A stretch of DNA of 40,485 bases, from assembly GCA_964625125.1 (NCBI GenBank), contig CAZVAP010000002.1, positions 1-40,485 on the forward strand. Reading direction: 5' to 3'. Under the pieces are notes generated by a model that was not told where the DNA came from, searched no databases, and saw nothing but the letters and a program-made list of their open reading frames with translations. The DNA is from an uncultured Candidatus Peribacteria bacterium. GTDB lineage: Bacteria > Patescibacteriota > Gracilibacteria > Absconditabacterales > Absconditicoccaceae. How positions within the stretch are numbered: the stretch's first letter is position 1; every line of letters starts with the position of its first letter. The translations under genes were made by a program, and so were the position numbers. Shown here one piece after another: positions 37,287 to 40,485 of the stretch.

Positions 37287-37818
37287 TAAATAACATAAGA
37301 CCATCATTAGGAGGTATAGAAAAAATTTTATAATTAATTTGATTTTTATTTAAAAATTCATACAATGGAAGTGTTTTGGATTTGAACTTTACAACATTGT
37401 CCAGCAGTACCACAGCATTTTCTTCTAGCAAATCCTCAAAAGCTAAATAAAAATCAAGATAAAATTTCATCACAGCATCTATAAATAAAAAATCAATTCT
37501 TTTTTTTGTAAAAATCTTTTTTAAGTTAATCTGTAATGGATCTATATTATATGCTGTGATGTTATACTGCTGGAAGTTGTTAAAGTTCTCCAAAGCTTCC
37601 ATATATGAGGGATAAGAAACTTCAAAAGTTGTTAAAGTTCCTCACCAATCTGAAATTGCATTTGCTATTACTAAACTTGAATATCATATTGCTGTTCAAA
37701 TCTCAACTACATTTATTGGTTTTGTTCTATTTAAAAAATCTAATAAAATTCTTTCTACCTCCGGTTTAATAACTGGAACTTTATTAGCTTGAGCATAAAG
37801 CCTTAATCTAGATAGCAT
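37276..37818 (-). CDS. Class I SAM-dependent O-methyltransferase (family 3 / YrrM-like, 180 aa)
   Basis: NVVEIGTAIGYSSL (motif I) and IDFLFIDA (motif II-like). It extends track ORF 37276..37602 upstream to the ATG at 37818. Confidence 0.75.
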
Positions 37819-37903
37819 TATCTAAAATAAAAAAATAAATCTATTTTGTTATATATATACAAGAATTTAAATCAATTTATTTACTTTATTAATAAAAAAC
37901 AAG

Positions 37904-39892
37904 ATGACAGAATTTTCAAAAGCTTCATTACCACAAGAAGAAAATAATGGAATTCCTTTAGGAGAAAAATTAATAGGAAAATTTAAAAAAATAATCTCAA
38001 CAAATAAAGAGCAAAAAACAGAGAAGCAAAATACAGAAGTCAAAGAACAAAAATCTAATACTACAAATGATATTGTAAAAACTAATAATAAAAAAACTTA
38101 CACAAATGAAGAAAGTTTCAAAATTCTACCAGGAGAAAAACCAGTTAAAATTATGTCTTTGATGTGATTAGAACAAGTTGGTCAATGCTTATTAATAGAA
38201 TATGAAAATGATATGATAATGATAGATGCTGGTATGGAATTTGCAGCTGATGAAGATGTATTAGGAGCAGATTATGTAATCCCAGATATTAGTTATGTAA
38301 AAGAGAATCTACACAAATTAAGATGAATTTTATTAACTCACGGACATTTAGATCACATATGAGCATTAAAAGATATTTTACCTGAATTAGAACGGCCAAC
38401 TATATACACTACTCCACTTACATTAGGAATTGTAAAAAGGTCTTTCCAAAGCAAGGAGCAAATGAATAAAATTAAATATAAGATAATAAATCCTGATATT
38501 GATATTGTAAAATTAGGTGTATTTACAATAGAGTTTGTTCATGTAAACCACAACATACCAGAAACAATGGCTATGGCTATTCACACACCAAAATGACTAA
38601 TATTTAATACTGCAGACTTTAAAGTAGACTTTACTCCTGCAATTGATAGACCTGCAGATTTATCAAAAATTGCTAGAATTTGAAACGAAGGTGTTAAATT
38701 GTATATTGGTGATAGTTTAGGAACTGCTTCAAGAGGTGGAACAACTAAATCAGAAAAAGAAATTTGAGAAAATTTAGAAAAAGTAGTAAAAAATATAGAT
38801 TGAAGAGTTATTGTAGCTACTTTTGCATCAAATGTAGGTAGAATTATGCAATTAATTAATGCAGCTGTAAGAAACAACAGAGTTGTATTTTTAGCTTGAA
38901 GAAGTATGGTAAACAATGTAGAAATTTGTAAAGAATTAGGTTATATTAAAACTCCTCCGGGAATGGTAAGACAATTAAATGAGGAAGTAGAACAAATGCC
39001 AGACAATAGAGTTATGATAATTTGTACTTGAGCTCAATGAGAAGAATTCTCTGCATTAGCTAGAATGGCAAGAGATGAACATCCACAAATAAAATTAAGA
39101 AAATGAGATACTATTATGATGTCTTCATCAGTTATTCCAGGAAACGAGCTTCAAGCTGCAAAAATGATGGACTTATTAGTCCAAAAAGACGTAACATTAA
39201 TTACAAATGATGATATTGATATACATGCTTCATGACATGGTTCTGTAGAAGACCATAAATTATTCTTAAACCTAGTAAATGCTGAATATGTTTTACCTTA
39301 CTATATGACACCATATCACAGATATGCTCATAAAAAACTAGCATTAGATATGTGACGGCCAGAAGAAAAAATATTAATGCCAAATGAAAACTGACAAATA
39401 ATAGAAATGTATGAAAATTGAATTAGAATTTCACCTAAGAAATTAAAATTAAATACAGTATTAATTGATTGAAAAGGTAAATGACATTTAAGCTGAGAAT
39501 ATGTAGTTCAGGCAAGAAAAATCATGGCACATGATGGTGTATTGGTACTAACTTACAAAATTGATACAAATACAAAAGAAATTATATGAAATATACAAAT
39601 TGAATCGAGAGGTTTTGTATATTCATCAGAAGTTAAAAAAGTACATACCCTAATTGTAGATTTTGCTAGAGCTGAATACAATAAAATAATAAAACAATTA
39701 ATTAGAAATTGAATTAAACCAGAGGATATAGAAATAAAAGATGTGTTAAAAGAAATAAAGAAAAAACTTGAAGAATTTACAGCACAACATATTTGAAGAG
39801 TTCCTATGATAATAACAACTTATGTTTATATAAACAGACAACCAAAGCAAGCTCAACAAAATCAAGAAAAAGAAGAAAAATCAGAGAAATAA
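37904..39892 (+). CDS. rnj: Ribonuclease J (662 aa)
   Basis: A Lys/Glu/Asn-rich N-terminal tail, then IDAGMEF...ILLTHGHLDHIGAL (TGA 38360..38362)...beta-CASP region...IHASGHGS. I read the whole frame codon by codon to TAA 39890..39892. Confidence 0.9.
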
Positions 39893-39915
39893 AATAAAAA
39901 ACCTTTACCTTTAAT

Positions 39916-39948
39916 AACTCACTTCAAAGAAACTGAAGTGAGTTTTTT
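39916..39948 (+). terminator. Intrinsic terminator after rnj
   Basis: ACTCACTTCA (39916..39925) pairs with TGAAGTGAGT (39933..39942) across a 7-nt loop, followed by TTTTTTT. Confidence 0.75.
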
Positions 39949-40085
39949 TGTTTAAAAAATAAATGTTAAGTTTTATTCAATACATAAAATATCCTAATTA
40001 TATTATTATCTTGTATGTACTAACCTACTATTTACATTAGAATTACTTATAAAAATCTTCTACATTAAATAAAATATTAGCAAAC

Positions 40086-40121
40086 AAAAAAAAACACTTC
40101 TAGAAAAATTTTCTAGAAGTG
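40086..40121 (-). terminator. Intrinsic terminator after the partial minus-strand gene
   Basis: CACTTCTAGAAAA (40095..40107) pairs with TTTTCTAGAAGTG (40109..40121). The run of 9 A at 40086..40094 gives a U-run on the - strand. It lies 36 nt after the stop at 40158. Confidence 0.6.
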
Positions 40122-40157
40122 ACTTTTAAAATATAAATTAATTTTTAATACTATCTA

Positions 40158-40485
40158 TTATTTAAAGAACAAGAATGATGAATAAATTGAATCATGTTTA
40201 ACTATTACCGGATGAAATTTATCCTGAGGATCTCTTAAATCAAAATGTCTTATGTATGATCAACCACTCCATATCCAACCTCAAGCTAACTTAGCTCAAG
40301 AAGTAAGTGGTATAAAAGTAGAACCAGATAAGTATGCAGAATAATATCTTAAATAGTTAATATCATACATTTTAGCTAATTGCTGAGCTAAAACTAATCC
40401 ACTACCAGCTCCTTCAATATAATTGTTATAATAGTCATTAATCGTCTTAATATCATTATATTTTTTAGGTAAAATAATATAAGCT
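40158..40485 (-). CDS. Hypothetical protein, C-terminal 108 aa only (5' end outside the window)
   Basis: The frame is open from the window edge to TAA (rc 40158..40160) with three TGA Gly codons: ...GAGSGLVLAQQLAKMYD...GGWIWSGGSYIRHFDL... A terminator follows. No family recognised. Confidence 0.45.

Noticed and set aside
38581-38916. 111-aa minus-strand ORF
   Set aside because: It is antisense to the well-supported rnj coding region.

Overview
This is a very AT-rich, gene-dense bacterial window, about 95% coding by my coordinates. It looks fragmented only because the ORF track uses the standard genetic code. No standard-code ORF exceeds 184 aa, yet fragments of GyrA, IF-2, FtsK, PilT, RNase J and others lie in series in one frame, separated only by TGA. 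Those in-frame TGAs fall on invariant glycines (Walker A loops, GyrA IDGQGNFGSIDGD, IF-2 DTPGHE), while Trp is still TGG. The window is therefore translated with TGA=Gly (translation table 25), the code of Absconditabacteria (SR1) and Gracilibacteria in the CPR/Patescibacteria. Re-reading by hand with only TAA/TAG as stops gives 32 CDS. Of the 31 stops inside the window, 27 are TAA and 4 are TAG. Housekeeping genes are gyrA, secG, infB, a family-4 UDG, cca, ftsK, pheA, map, rsmI, hisS, tatD, a SpoU methylase and rnj. Type IV pilus parts are pilT, pilC and a PilX-like minor pilin. Several large secreted or surface proteins are present: an Amidase_2-SpoIID fusion, a beta-propeller protein with a Cys-rich tail and a transglutaminase-like protein. 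There are two 'half' DNA-metabolism genes, a PriA C-terminal half and a UvrC endonuclease domain alone. I recognised no rRNA, tRNA, CRISPR array or mobile element. CDS coordinates include the stop codon. All calls come from manual translation and remembered family motifs, with no database search.
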